Positions 37,239 to 47,880 of a stretch of DNA of 64,000 bases are shown here, in pieces; within the stretch, counting starts at the first letter, position 1, and each line of letters begins with the position of its first letter. The notes below the pieces were generated by a model, which was not told the DNA's origin, searched no databases, and was given only the letters and a program-made list of their open reading frames with translations. The DNA is taken from NCBI GenBank assembly GCA_004431415.1, contig QPMI01000404.1:1-64000 (forward strand). The letters run 5' to 3'. The stretch is from Cyanophora paradoxa CCMP329 (Eukaryota; Plantae; Glaucophyta). The translations under genes and the position numbers were made by a program.

Positions 37239-38468
37239 CTAGAAGTTGCTTACTTTAAGGGTCGACATTTGATACGAGTTGATTACGAGCACGTTGTGTC
37301 TGAGGACAAAGAAATCGACGACAGCTGGGGCAGCATTGGTGCAGCCGGACACGGTGAGAGTACAGTAGCTGCTGCTGCTATTATAAAAGTCGTGATAACC
37401 AAGGACAGCGTTGTGAAGAGAGTCTTTGCCGCTCTTGGAGAGAACGATTCCATAGACGTTGGCCTCCTCGAATCCTAGAGCAGCATTTCCGGTCGTCGAG
37501 CCTCGGTACTGGCTAGGGATGTGGTAGGCAGCGGAAACAAACCCTGAGATCGGTTTATTGCTGATGTCAATCGCGCGATTGTTGTGATACAATTCAAAGT
37601 CTTCAATCTTAAGGGCACTGCCGTAGCCAGCGAACTCGTTATGCGCACGAGTGTTCAGCTTCGTCGCAGCCCGAACTGTCATCAGCACCGAGTGTACCAG
37701 GCCCGAGACGTTTGCAAGAGAGACTTCGACTGGCTGACCAGCGTCATCGGTTTTAAGCTGACGAGAACGCTTCGTAATCACTTCGGTGAAGGGGATACGG
37801 ATACCACCGTCGCTGTTCGCAGACTTCAACATAGCCTCGGCATCTTCGGCAGGGATATTGGCGAATGAGCACACGAGCGCGGCATCGGACATCGTGGCCA
37901 CCGCATTAGTATCGGTTCCGATGACAGCCGATGAGCGAAAATCGACTTCAATGCTGGGCATATCGGCGAGAGCGAGCAGAGGGAAATGAGCATCATCCCA
38001 GAGCGAGCAGGGGATCTTTACGACGTACTCCCGGCTGGCGTTTTCGATCTCAAGGGCTCCGTCCTTACCGAAGCCGTAGCTTGACGCCATTGCCTGCGAC
38101 TGAGCCACAGAGTTATCGACAAGCGTGGCCACCGTAAGCCAGTCTCCGGGGAGAATCAGCTTGAAGCTCCCGTGGACAAAGCGGATGCTTTCGATGAAGG
38201 CCGAGGCGCCGCAAGGTAGCACCGAGGCTGCGGAACCGCCGGCAACAGCTACCTTGAAATAGAGGGAGACGCCATTGAGCAGTTGCTTCCGGGGAAGATC
38301 GAATGTAACTGTCTGCGCAAATCCGAAGCTGTTTCCGCGGGGTCGAATTGACTCCAGGAACGACTTGAATTTCGGGTTGAGACCAACCGAAAGACCTGGC
38401 GACATGTACAATTCCGAGCTGCCCTTCGTCACGAGCAGTTCTTTCAGAGTGGTTCCAGCGAGTGCCAT
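37239..38468 (-). CDS. Major capsid protein (double jelly-roll, predicted)
   Basis: 409-aa beta-rich ORF abutting the ATPase: FGFAQTVTFDLPRK.LLNGVSL, FIESIRF, IPCSLW..HFPLLAL..SIEVDF, GYHDF and NVLVI. Confidence 0.8.
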   Translation of the reverse strand: MALAGTTLKELLVTKGSSELYMSPGLSVGLNPKFKSFLESIRPRGNSFGFAQTVTFDLPRKQLLNGVSLYFKVAVAGGSAASVLPCGASAFIESIRFVHGSFKLILPGDWLTVATLVDNSVAQSQAMASSYGFGKDGALEIENASREYVVKIPCSLWDDAHFPLLALADMPSIEVDFRSSAVIGTDTNAVATMSDAALVCSFANIPAEDAEAMLKSANSDGGIRIPFTEVITKRSRQLKTDDAGQPVEVSLANVSGLVHSVLMTVRAATKLNTRAHNEFAGYGSALKIEDFELYHNNRAIDISNKPISGFVSAAYHIPSQYRGSTTGNAALGFEEANVYGIVLSKSGKDSLHNAVLGYHDFYNSSSSYCTLTVSGCTNAAPAVVDFFVLRHNVLVINSYQMSTLKVSNF

Positions 38469-38516
38469 TTTTCTTATGCTATTATCAAACGAAAATAATC
38501 TTGACGTAATAACAAG

Positions 38517-39395
38517 ATGAAAGTGCGTGTTAATATCGACTCAAGAGAGAGGAGCGAAGGGACTCAGACTAATTTCAAATACGTCCTGCCTGAGCCGTTG
38601 ACTAACGTTAAGTCGGTGCGAGTCGCATCGCTGGAACTCTTTCATAATCTTTATAATCTGACAAGCGGAGGTGTCATTACAACGTATACCGATGATCCTG
38701 CGAACGCCACGAAATCGCGGGCTAATAATTTCAAGGCGGGCGTCTACACGGCAACATCTCTTGTGAATTACCTGAACGCCATACTGAAGACACAGCAGTA
38801 CAGCTATAGCGGAAGCACGTTCCAGCTTAAATATCTAGTCGAATTCGATGAGGTAACGATGAGACTGCGCTTCCTATGCGAGGCCCCTTTCGAGCTTGAG
38901 TTCTCTTCGAAAGAATTTGCCGGTCTTCTTGGCTTTCCTGACTCTTTGACCGCCGCTTCTCTGGCGCTGGATACTGCTGAGACTATCGGTGGAATTGAAT
39001 ATACCGACGAGATAGTGAGCGACCGTCCTCTCGACTTCCTTTATCACTCTTACTTGCTGCTGCACATCGCTCAGATTAAGGGTTCGATAAAGACTAGTAA
39101 TCCGTTTACGACGGGGGCGATTGCTAAGATTAACATCGATAGCAAGTTCAACGAGCTCATCAAGTACACAGCAGACGATAGGACTCCTGTTTCCGGAATA
39201 GCCGGTACCACCGAATTTTCTGAGCTCGATATCAGCCTTCGTTATTTCGATGGCAGCCTAGCGCTTTCAAACACTGATTTCTCTCTCATTCTAGAGTTTG
39301 AATTCGAAGACAGTGAGTATAGCAAGGCCTCGCTGAAGGGTAACATCCGTAGCTCTAACCTCGAATATCAGCCGTTCATGAGGACTTTCGCGTAG
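38517..39395 (+). CDS. Minor capsid/penton protein (DUF5901-like)
   Basis: N-terminal VNIDSRER..TNFKYVLPEPLTNVKSVRVASLE and C-terminal LDISLRYFDG..DFSLILEF. Confidence 0.8.
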   Translation: MKVRVNIDSRERSEGTQTNFKYVLPEPLTNVKSVRVASLELFHNLYNLTSGGVITTYTDDPANATKSRANNFKAGVYTATSLVNYLNAILKTQQYSYSGSTFQLKYLVEFDEVTMRLRFLCEAPFELEFSSKEFAGLLGFPDSLTAASLALDTAETIGGIEYTDEIVSDRPLDFLYHSYLLLHIAQIKGSIKTSNPFTTGAIAKINIDSKFNELIKYTADDRTPVSGIAGTTEFSELDISLRYFDGSLALSNTDFSLILEFEFEDSEYSKASLKGNIRSSNLEYQPFMRTFA

Positions 39396-39430
39396 AGACT
39401 CGCGCATTTATTTCTTATTTAAAATAAAAG

Positions 39431-40099
39431 ATGGAAACCAAGCGTGGACGTGGGAGGCCAAGGAAGATCCCTCTGGATGCTGTCCCTGAGCGAGCTCCTG
39501 CAGATATGAGTGCTCGCCGAGTTCAAACTCTCAGTGGAGACGTTGGTACCTACCCCATCGTTAAGCGAGCTGGACGATCGGATGAGATCGATTTCGCTGC
39601 TGAAGCTGATCTTAACTCGATCTTCGAGCGGGTGCCAAATTCAAGGACTCGTAAGACAAATACTAAGCTGTTGAAGAAATTAGCTGATTCTGAGCTGTAT
39701 GTAAGCGATAATGGGAAAACGAAACGCTTCTTTACCAAGTCGAATGGTAATAAACTCACAACGGTTTCTGCTGTTACGGCTAAGCGGCTGATGGAGGGTA
39801 TTGCTTTGGAAACGAAACTGGATAATCGAATATTGGAGGATAAACCTTCGAAGCAGAAGATTGAAAAAAAGGAAGACCCCGCCGGAGCGGAGATTTCAGT
39901 TGTAAAGAAAGAGTCAGGTTCAAGCCTGCTCGAGAGGACCGCTGAGCTCGCTGAGAGCAATGCGACAGAGATGCCCACCGCTAACAAATCGATCCTGCGG
40001 ATTGCGAGCAGCTCAGAAGAACCCGTCTCGGTTGTCCCAGTCAAGCCGATGGCTGCTGGATTTCGGCCTCTGGCTGTGATGCTTCGACGTTGGGAGTAG
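39431..40099 (+). CDS. AT-hook protein (candidate DNA-binding core protein)
   Basis: N-terminal KRGRGRPRK followed by a charged low-complexity region. Confidence 0.65.
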   Translation: METKRGRGRPRKIPLDAVPERAPADMSARRVQTLSGDVGTYPIVKRAGRSDEIDFAAEADLNSIFERVPNSRTRKTNTKLLKKLADSELYVSDNGKTKRFFTKSNGNKLTTVSAVTAKRLMEGIALETKLDNRILEDKPSKQKIEKKEDPAGAEISVVKKESGSSLLERTAELAESNATEMPTANKSILRIASSSEEPVSVVPVKPMAAGFRPLAVMLRRWE

Positions 40100-40427
40100 G
40101 AAAGTTCAGGCGTAGGAAAGGACGGTCTTCCTCAGAGATATGCTGTAGGGCGTAGGCATCGCGAGCTCTGGCAGCGGCCTCGGCAGTGGGATAGCTTCCA
40201 ATGATCTTACGTTTTCCATTGATTGTCAACTGTGCTCTCCACTTGTTATCGCGTTTATGCAACGACACTCCAATGTAGCCTGATGTATTATTCCGACCAA
40301 TCATCCCGCTTATCGCACGCGCAGTGTGTGAGACAAGAATCAAGTTCTCATCCGCATTGTTTAGTCGGTTAATTATGAGCTGTGGTTCATCTAGGAATTC
40401 GTTTTTTAAATCGTTACCCCACGCCAA
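40041..40427 (-). CDS. AP2 DNA-binding domain protein (HNH-AP2 remnant); start uncertain
   Basis: NNTSGYIGVS..KWRAQLTINGKRKIIGSYPTAEAAARARD is an AP2 domain. The upstream NRLNNADENL resembles the tail of an HNH domain. Confidence 0.85.
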   Translation of the reverse strand: MAWGNDLKNEFLDEPQLIINRLNNADENLILVSHTARAISGMIGRNNTSGYIGVSLHKRDNKWRAQLTINGKRKIIGSYPTAEAAARARDAYALQHISEEDRPFLRLNFPTPNVEASQPEAEIQQPSA

Positions 40428-40605
40428 ATTTCGTTACTACACGCCAAATCTCTTTTCAGACGATTTTGCGACTAGCTATGACCCTGAATGCTCTATATGA
40501 GTCAGGTTGCAATCAGACACCGCTAACGTGATGACGAGGGGATGGGGTGGCGGATGACGGCGAAGAGGCCCAGTCCCGTAGAGTGGGCACAAAGTGGATT
40601 TTTTT
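40369..40605 (-). repeat. Right TIR of element B
   Basis: Ends GGGCACAAAGTGGATTTTTTT, followed by TSD CCCATC. Confidence 0.95.
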
Positions 40606-43032
40606 CCCATCATTGCAGCTTTTCGCGAGGCGATCGGCCTGGTCGTTGTAGCAGTCGTACGCTGGATTGGGTACCAGTTCCGCTCCCGGCGCCCGGCGGG
40701 CTCGTGCACGGTTTTTCTTGGTCGGGTCAGGGGCAGGGGCCGGTGGGGGCGGTTTTGAGTTCTCTTCGGCGAGGGTAGCAACCTCAGCGGCACGGAGTGA
40801 TGTCGGGCGGGTAAGGTTAGAGAGAATTTCGGCGCGAGGCAGATGCAGCCTCCGTTCTCTTTGTAGTTTTCCTACAACCTGGGCGAAGGCAGCTTCGTCT
40901 GATTTTGGCGGGGGGTCTGCTGCCGGGTCTGGTAATGTGATGAGCGTTGGCGAGGGAGGGCGGGAGTGAGCCGCGAGGGAGTCATCTTCGCTGTCGCTCG
41001 CCTGCGATTTGCCCTCAGGTGTGAAGCGGGTCTCGCCGTCGTCACCGATTTCAGAGTCAGGTGGCGTCGGCAGCGTGCCACCGCGGTGCGAGGTTCGCCG
41101 GCGCCGACTGCCGAGCGTTGGAACAAAGGCTGTTTCTGGAGTCGCAAACGCGAGCTGATCCGGGGGAAAGGGTTCGGGGCCTATTTCAGTGGTGCCGAGG
41201 TAAAGGGCAAGTACAATGAAATGGGTGTAGGTCCGTAGTCGTTCCGGGAAGTCCCGAATGAGTGTGCTGAGGCGCTGCGTCGACGGGTCTCCAGAGAGGA
41301 CGTAGGCTGTCATGAGAAGAAGGATCCCGCAGGAGGAGCGGTCGATCTGAATGGGTCCGTCGCAGGCATCTGTCGAGAAGGATGTCCATAGAGGCGGGGC
41401 GAAGGGTTCGTCATCCCGTCGAAGCCAGATTCGGACAAGGTCAAGGCCTAGGGCAGTCCGGTCGGGTCGGCTCCGGTTCCCGCCGTCGTAGATTCGGATC
41501 GAGCGTTGTCTGGGGGCGATGAGAAGGAGGACCCAGTGGTCGGCTGGGTCGCCTTCCCGGTGCGGGAGGCGGGACGGGACCAGAGCGGGGAAGAAAACCA
41601 TGCGATACGACCGTAGTGGTCGTGGTGGCAGATAGTGCAGTGTTTGTGCTGGGTTAAGAGTATGGGGTTGGGCGCCGACACCAGCTGTGGAGATTGCAGT
41701 GGGGAGGAAGCAGACGTCGCCCCCGCGGCACGCCGGTCGGGCTGCCAGGACGTCGAGGAAGGCATCGACCACCCGATCCGGGACTCCACGGGGAAGAGCG
41801 CTAGCGATAGTCCTATAGCTAGTTCGCCCGCCGCTCGGTGCAGGGGGTAGGTCTGTGTATAGGCAGGCAAGGTCTGCAACGTAGAGCGCCGGGGCAGGCG
41901 AGCGGGATGGTCGGCTCTCCGGCGTAGTGTGAGCTCGCGGGTATCCAATGATGGCGTGTTCCGCTGCGTGGTCACCTCGGTTGAGGGCTGGGCCCCAACT
42001 GATGCGGATTTGGGGAAGCAGGGCTTTCTCGGCCTGCGAGAGAGCTCGAGGGAGGGGCGGCACACGGGGTGGTAGCTGAGGGCTCGTCGCCAATGTTTGC
42101 ACAGATGACACCGGTGGCAGCGTGGGAGGAGGCATTGAGTCCGCTGCGGGCTCTGGTGAGGACGTGTCGGCGAGCTTGGGTGCCGATGCAGGGCTGGGTG
42201 CGGGTGGCGACGGGAGCTCCGGTTGTAACGTCGTCACAGTTGGCGGGTCCACGGCAGAGTGGTGGTCATGAGTGGGCCCGGACCAGTCAGCGGGAAAGGA
42301 GGGCTTCGTTGGCTTGTAGCCTTGTCCAGTGAGGCTGAGATCTGAGAGGTAGAGAGCAGCGGCGTACCGGAGCCGGATTGCCGGGAGAATTGTGCGCGAT
42401 AATTTGCCGGGGGCAGTCCCAGTCATGCGTGAGATGTAGCCCGATGCAATGTAGTCCGCGGCCGCCAATACTAACAGGGCGTCTTCACCGTGTTCTGCAC
42501 CGGGCCAGCTCGGCGAGTTGAGGGTGCTAGCATCGCAGAACCAGCGAGGGCATTGCGGGGCTGGGCCCCCGGCTTGCTCCTGCCATGCATCTGCCCAGGC
42601 TTGAAGCTCGGGGAGGACATCGGAGCAGGGCGTGTGGGAGCCGTCAATAACCCTTATAACTCGGGTGCGTGGAGAGATAAGCGCCAGGCGCCAGTGGCGA
42701 AGGAGTGCTCGACCATCAGGCCCAGGGATGGGCGGGAGGGGGAGCAGGAGGTAGTCAACGTCGTTCGGGCGGAGGGTCGCTTTGTTTCAGCAAATGAACT
42801 CTGGAGGGCAGTCGGGGTCCAGGAGGGCCCGTCTGGCTGCACGGGGAGAGACGAAAATGCAGCTGGGGAGGCCCGGCGTCCGTGCCCGTTCCTGCGCAGC
42901 TCGGCGGGCGACAAGGCGGAGGAACGCAATTACGTGCTGCTCGTGAAGGGGCATTTCTTGTAAGAGGAGTGCAGATGCGGCTTCATGGTCGGAGAGCGTG
43001 AGGGGGTTACGCATAGATGCCGCCTGCACTTG
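40606..43032 (-). pseudogene. LINE ORF segment: two Ulp1/SENP-like (C48, clan CE) protease domains and the last RNase H motif
   Basis: Domain 1: YLLLP..HWRLALISPRTRVIRVIDGS..GEDALLVL (no Cys). Domain 2: MVFFP..HWVLLLIAPRQRSIRIYDG..QIDRSSCG. Then YNDQADRLAK at 40621-40650. There is an in-frame TGA at 42787-42789. Confidence 0.8.
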
Positions 43033-46000
43033 CTAGCGTAGAGTTGGCGGTAGCGGCGCGGCGCGGAAATTTGGGTATGCGGCTGAGACCCCCACGGTGG
43101 GCGGTGGCGGATGGTATGCACGGATTGCGTCTGCTTCAGTGAATTTGCCATGCGAAGGCCGTTCGGGCAGGATTGGGCTAGGAGTGTTGGGCAGAACTGA
43201 TGGGTGGCATAAAGTGCAGAGGGGGGCTGGGCCCGCTCGCCAATCCTGAAGTACAAAATCAAGGGAAGTGCACGGGCGGTCCGGGTCGCAGCGGTGATAC
43301 GCTGCAGTGGGGTCGTTGGGGGACAGGGGCAGGTCCTCGTCCCAGTGCCAAGCGGGGTGCTCAGCCGGGAATGAGCCATTTTCAGCCATCTGCCATCGAG
43401 ACGGCGAGGCGAGCCAGGTAGTCTGGTCGCGCCGGGCCCCAGTCGAGGACGGAGGGCCAGTGAGGGGGTAATCCCGGCGTGCATTCGCGCGGACTGCGAG
43501 TGCATCCCAGTACTCCGTGCGTGACGGGCCCGTTGTTGGGAGAGACACATCGACTTCGGGCCAGAATATTGGGTTAATGGGGGAAGTGCAGTGGAGACTG
43601 ATACGAGTGCGATACCGAATCGGAAGGGCGGCAAGCCAGGGTGCGTAGCGGCGTAGGAAGTCAGCTGGAGCTGTAATCACGAGAGACTTATCAGGCAGCA
43701 CTCGTGTGTGGGCCCTCGGGATGCGGATAGCAGTTTCCCAGATTATGCATTGCTCGGCAGGGTGTGCTGCCAGATCGGGGGCAGCTGCAGCAAGGTCAAG
43801 TAGGAGGTGGTGCGGCGTTCCAAATTGCGCAAGTTCTATGATTTCAGGGTTCGCCAAGTATTGTTCGTATTCGCCAAGCGTTTGGGGGGCAATATAAACG
43901 TGGGCACGCCCCTCGTCATCTGGGGGCCCATCATGGAGGTAGGCAATGGGAATATTTAGTCCTCCATAGACACTGCGATATTCCCGGGCTGCAGCCTCCG
44001 ATGGAGAGGGCTGGCTGCGTGGACGCGGGGCGGGGCCAGGGCGCGCGACATAGGGGCGGGTGGCGTCGAAAGGCATACGTGGCGGGGCAGCTGCAGCCCT
44101 TGAGGGCTGGCGGGTTAGTACCGGGTGGGTTAGTCGGGTCTCGAGCTCTGTTATAGGGATGGTTTTCGGCTCGTGGGCTGGGGTCCAGGTTAGAGTCGGG
44201 AGGGGGGCGTAGCCAGCGCGTTCGCGGGCTGCAACAATTGCACGTATTGCAAGAATTGTGTCGCAGTATGGGCTGCGGAGAATTTTCCGAAGGAGAAGAG
44301 GGCATCCCGTGAGGCAAAAGCGCAGCAGAATCGAGATTGTGCCTTTGCTGTCTAGGGTGAGGGTGCCTCCCTCCTTGCCGAGGTACGTGAGCGCGAGCAT
44401 GACAGCCTCGAGCTCGCCGAGGCCGATGTTACATTGGACTCCACTGACACGAGCTGAGAAAGTAACTGTGGAGAGCAGCTGAGGGTTACGGGCTGCAGGG
44501 ATGACAACTCCAAACGTCGTTCTGACTGTGGATTTCCCTGCGTGTCTAGTGCTCCCGTCTGTCCAGATTGAGGTTGCGAGGGCATCGGATGCTGGCGCGT
44601 GTGTAGCCTCGATCACCCGAGCTAGTGCCGCCGGCGGGTTCGTTGTGTTCCGGTGGGCCGATGGAATAAGACATGGATTTAGGTCTTCACGTCGCGCGGA
44701 GGGGGGGGGCTTTGCTTCAGCCACGTCGAGCTGCACTGCTTCGTCCTGGAATTCTTCCCACCAGGGGGCCAGCTCGAGCCAGATGGAGCGGGCGGCCCCC
44801 TCGGGTACTTCGTAGTAAATCGAGCGGGGCTGTGCGTGTACCTCGGCGCCCTCTAGATCTGAATCCGAGTCGTGCACCGGCCGCGGGGGCAGGGATCGGA
44901 TTCGGCGTGGGCGGGGGCCGGAGGCTAAGCGGAAGTCTTGGCGGTTCGTCGGAAGCCCGACAAAGGCTAGCTTTTTGTTTAGCCTTGCGAGCCGTTTCTG
45001 TGCCGCAGTCGAGAGTCTTTGGGTCAACGTCGGGTTTGCAGGTGGGAGAGCTTCAGAGGCGGGCTTGTTTCGTTTGTTGAGCGCCCGTGGGGGGACGAAC
45101 GGCCCGTCGGCTGCACGACGAGAGCGCTTGGAGGGATGCCCCGGCGGTCCTGCATCAGCGATGCGGGCCACTCGTACATGGGTGGCCCATTCGTGCCATT
45201 CGCACACATCAGTAGCCAGGCCGAGGTGCTTGTGCAGGCCAGCGCTGCCGCAGTATGATGGCGCTGGACAGGGGACAAAGCAGGCCTTTTCGTCATCGGT
45301 CCCTGCGATAATTTCATTGCGTTCGCGGAGCTCAGAGTCGTCGAGCCGCCAGTGGCGCAGGTGAACCATGTAGACCTTTTCAGTCTCCGCTGTTGCCTCT
45401 GGATCAAGGTTCGCAGCCTCCGGGTCTGCTATCAGGGGCGTGGATACGACCTCGGCTAGGTAGCCCGCTGAAGTCCAGACCAGTGTGCCGGGGGTGAGCT
45501 TGGCGATGAGGGGGCTAGCGCGGACTGCTTGGCGAATATCAAGGGGACGGGAGAGGAGGGGCATGCAAAATTCTGCGCGGATCGGGCGGGGCCAGGTGGG
45601 GCCCTCCGCTTCGTCAAAATGTGCGCGTTCAGACAGTTCTTCGCGTAGCCAATCCCACCATTCCGGCTGTTTGCGTTTTGTGTAGGGGACGCGGCAAAGC
45701 TGCCAGAGCTCTGACCAGGTTGGGATGCAGACTTCGCCATGAATCTGAACTGTGATGTGGGCCATCGTGAAGAGGCCACATTCCATGAGAAAGACGCCAG
45801 CCTTGGCTAGAAGGGCGGGAGAAAGTTGGGAAGCCAGGATGAACCGACGGTCAAGTTTAGCTTCTGTCCCTGAGAGGCCTAGCACCCATCCGTTCGCTGC
45901 AAACGTCGTCCAGTTGGCGAAGGCATGATCAGACGCGGCTAGAGCCCGTGTAATGGACAGGCACAAATGTGTGTCCTCTTGCCGGGAAGTTGGTGTGAAA

Positions 46001-47880
46001 TTCGAGTATTCGTAGGGGAGCAGGCAGAGCCCGTGTCGGGCTTGGGTATCCAGTATGCGTTGGCGGTGGAGCTGTCCAATGAGGGAGTCCGGGAGAAAAT
46101 AAGCTGTCTCGAGCCGGAGCCGCTCGTCGAGTGTCTGAGACTGGAGCAGGAGCGTGGAGACATGGCGCAGCTGGTAAAGAAGGTAGAGTGCTGGTGTACT
46201 GGTTGACTTAGCGTGGCCTGCGGCGTGTCTAAACACTTCGGACCAAACTCGCTCCAGCTGTGCACAGCGGGCTGCACTGAGCGTCATGATTCGCATCGGG
46301 TAGGCCAGTTTAGGATAGATAACGCGGTGTAAAACAGTGCGAAATTCGTCAACGGAGAGATATTTTGGGCCGAGGAGGTGCATTGCGGTGCGTGCATGTG
46401 AGAGGAGGAGGCGAAATTGGGGCCCCCAGTCAAGCGATGCTGTGAAAAATACTCCAAGGATTCGGAAGGCATCATTTGGTTGATGGATGGTGCCGATGGG
46501 CTCGGCTTGGGGTCCCAAGCCCACTTTGATCGGTGCAAGTGTAATCGGGCGCAATGGCCGCCAGTCCGGTCGCCAGAAAGCTACCTCGCTCTTCTTTGCA
46601 TTCAGGCGGATGTTATGAATGTGTAGGAATTCTGAGAGCCACTGAAAGAAGCGCTGGAGGGTGTGTGGGGAGTCTGCAAACATCGTTGTATCGTCCGCGT
46701 AGGCCAGGATTGATAGGAACGAGCGGGGCCCAGCTGGAACTTTATAGGTCTCCCCGGGTCGCGCGGCGCCTGTGGTGCCTGGGACAAAATCACGGAGCTT
46801 CCCGGAGGAAGTACCTGGGAGGGGGCCCATGCGGTACCCAATATTGGCTGTCCGTGCTTCTTCATCGATTGCTGTGAGCACCGTGTCATAGAAGATGCGC
46901 CAGTGGAGGGGGGCTTCAATCCCTCCCTGCGGCAGGCCGCAGCGAACTTGGAACCATTCTGTACGGCCATGGGGCGTAAGGATGGCGGCCGTGCGGTGTC
47001 GAGCTGCGTAGGCGTGGAGTTGGATGTATGCGCGGCCAGCCGGGTGCTCGTGCATGCGTAGCCGGCGGAAGCTGGCTTCCATGCTTTCCCAGGAGACGCT
47101 GTCGTACGCGCTAGCTATGTCACCGAGGCCAATGTATATTGGTTTGCGGTGGTCATGGGCGTCCTCAAGGGCTGCGCGGACCGCGTACAGGACTGGGTCG
47201 GTAGATTCGTGTCGACGGAAGCCGTAGTTGGGTCCTCGCAGGATCTGGTGGTCTTCCAGACGGGAATCGAGCCTGTCGGTGAGGATGCCCGTGACAAGCT
47301 TCCAGAGAACTTCCTGTAGCGTGATTGGGCGGAGGGAGCCTAGATCAGTAGCGTTGTCGCGTTTGGGGATGGTAAAGACCTGTCCGCGGAGAAGATGGTC
47401 GCATATATGGCCTTCAAGCGTGGCTTTGACGATCGCCTTTATGACCTCGCGGGAAGTGGTCCAGAAGTCGGTACTGGCCCATGCATCAACTTCGGCGTGG
47501 CTGTGCTTAAGGGTGAGAAGCTGACGATCAGCTTTTGAGAGGTGCGGGGGGAAGAATATCATTTTAAGCATGCCATTAGTGAGACCCGACGGGCCGCCGG
47601 CTCCGTCTGATGTGGCTGCAAGGCGGGCTGAGAGTTCGCGATCTTCTGGCATGTCCGTCATGCCGTCGAATGCAGCAAGCTGAACGTGTGGGAGGGGTGC
47701 ATATTGGCGGATCCAGTGTTCCGCGCGTTCGGGGTGCAAGGCCAGGCGAGCACGGATGCGCTCTGGTGTGACGGCGGCATCACGTGGGTACCAGAATCTC
47801 TCATCGAAAAATTCTTTATATTCGGTCAGCACCGCTTGCGGCGCCGTTATGACGTGCACGATGCCGTCCACCAGTTGTGA
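43033..47880 (-). pseudogene. LINE ORF segment: reverse transcriptase and N-terminal part of RNase H
   Basis: RT motifs LRPITLQE, DIASAYDSV, GLPQGGIEAP, LAYADD (YADD at 46690-46701) and FRILGV. RNase H motifs IWTDGS (44551-44568), GELEA, TLDS and WTPAH (44173-44187). Confidence 0.93.

Larger units (their letters stand above)
30331..40605. mobile_element. Complete Polinton-like virus / Maverick-like element B, 10,275 bp
   Basis: 237-bp TIRs, 6-bp TSD CCCATC (30325-30330 and 40606-40611), and integrase, pPolB, ATPase and two capsid genes. Confidence 0.95.
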
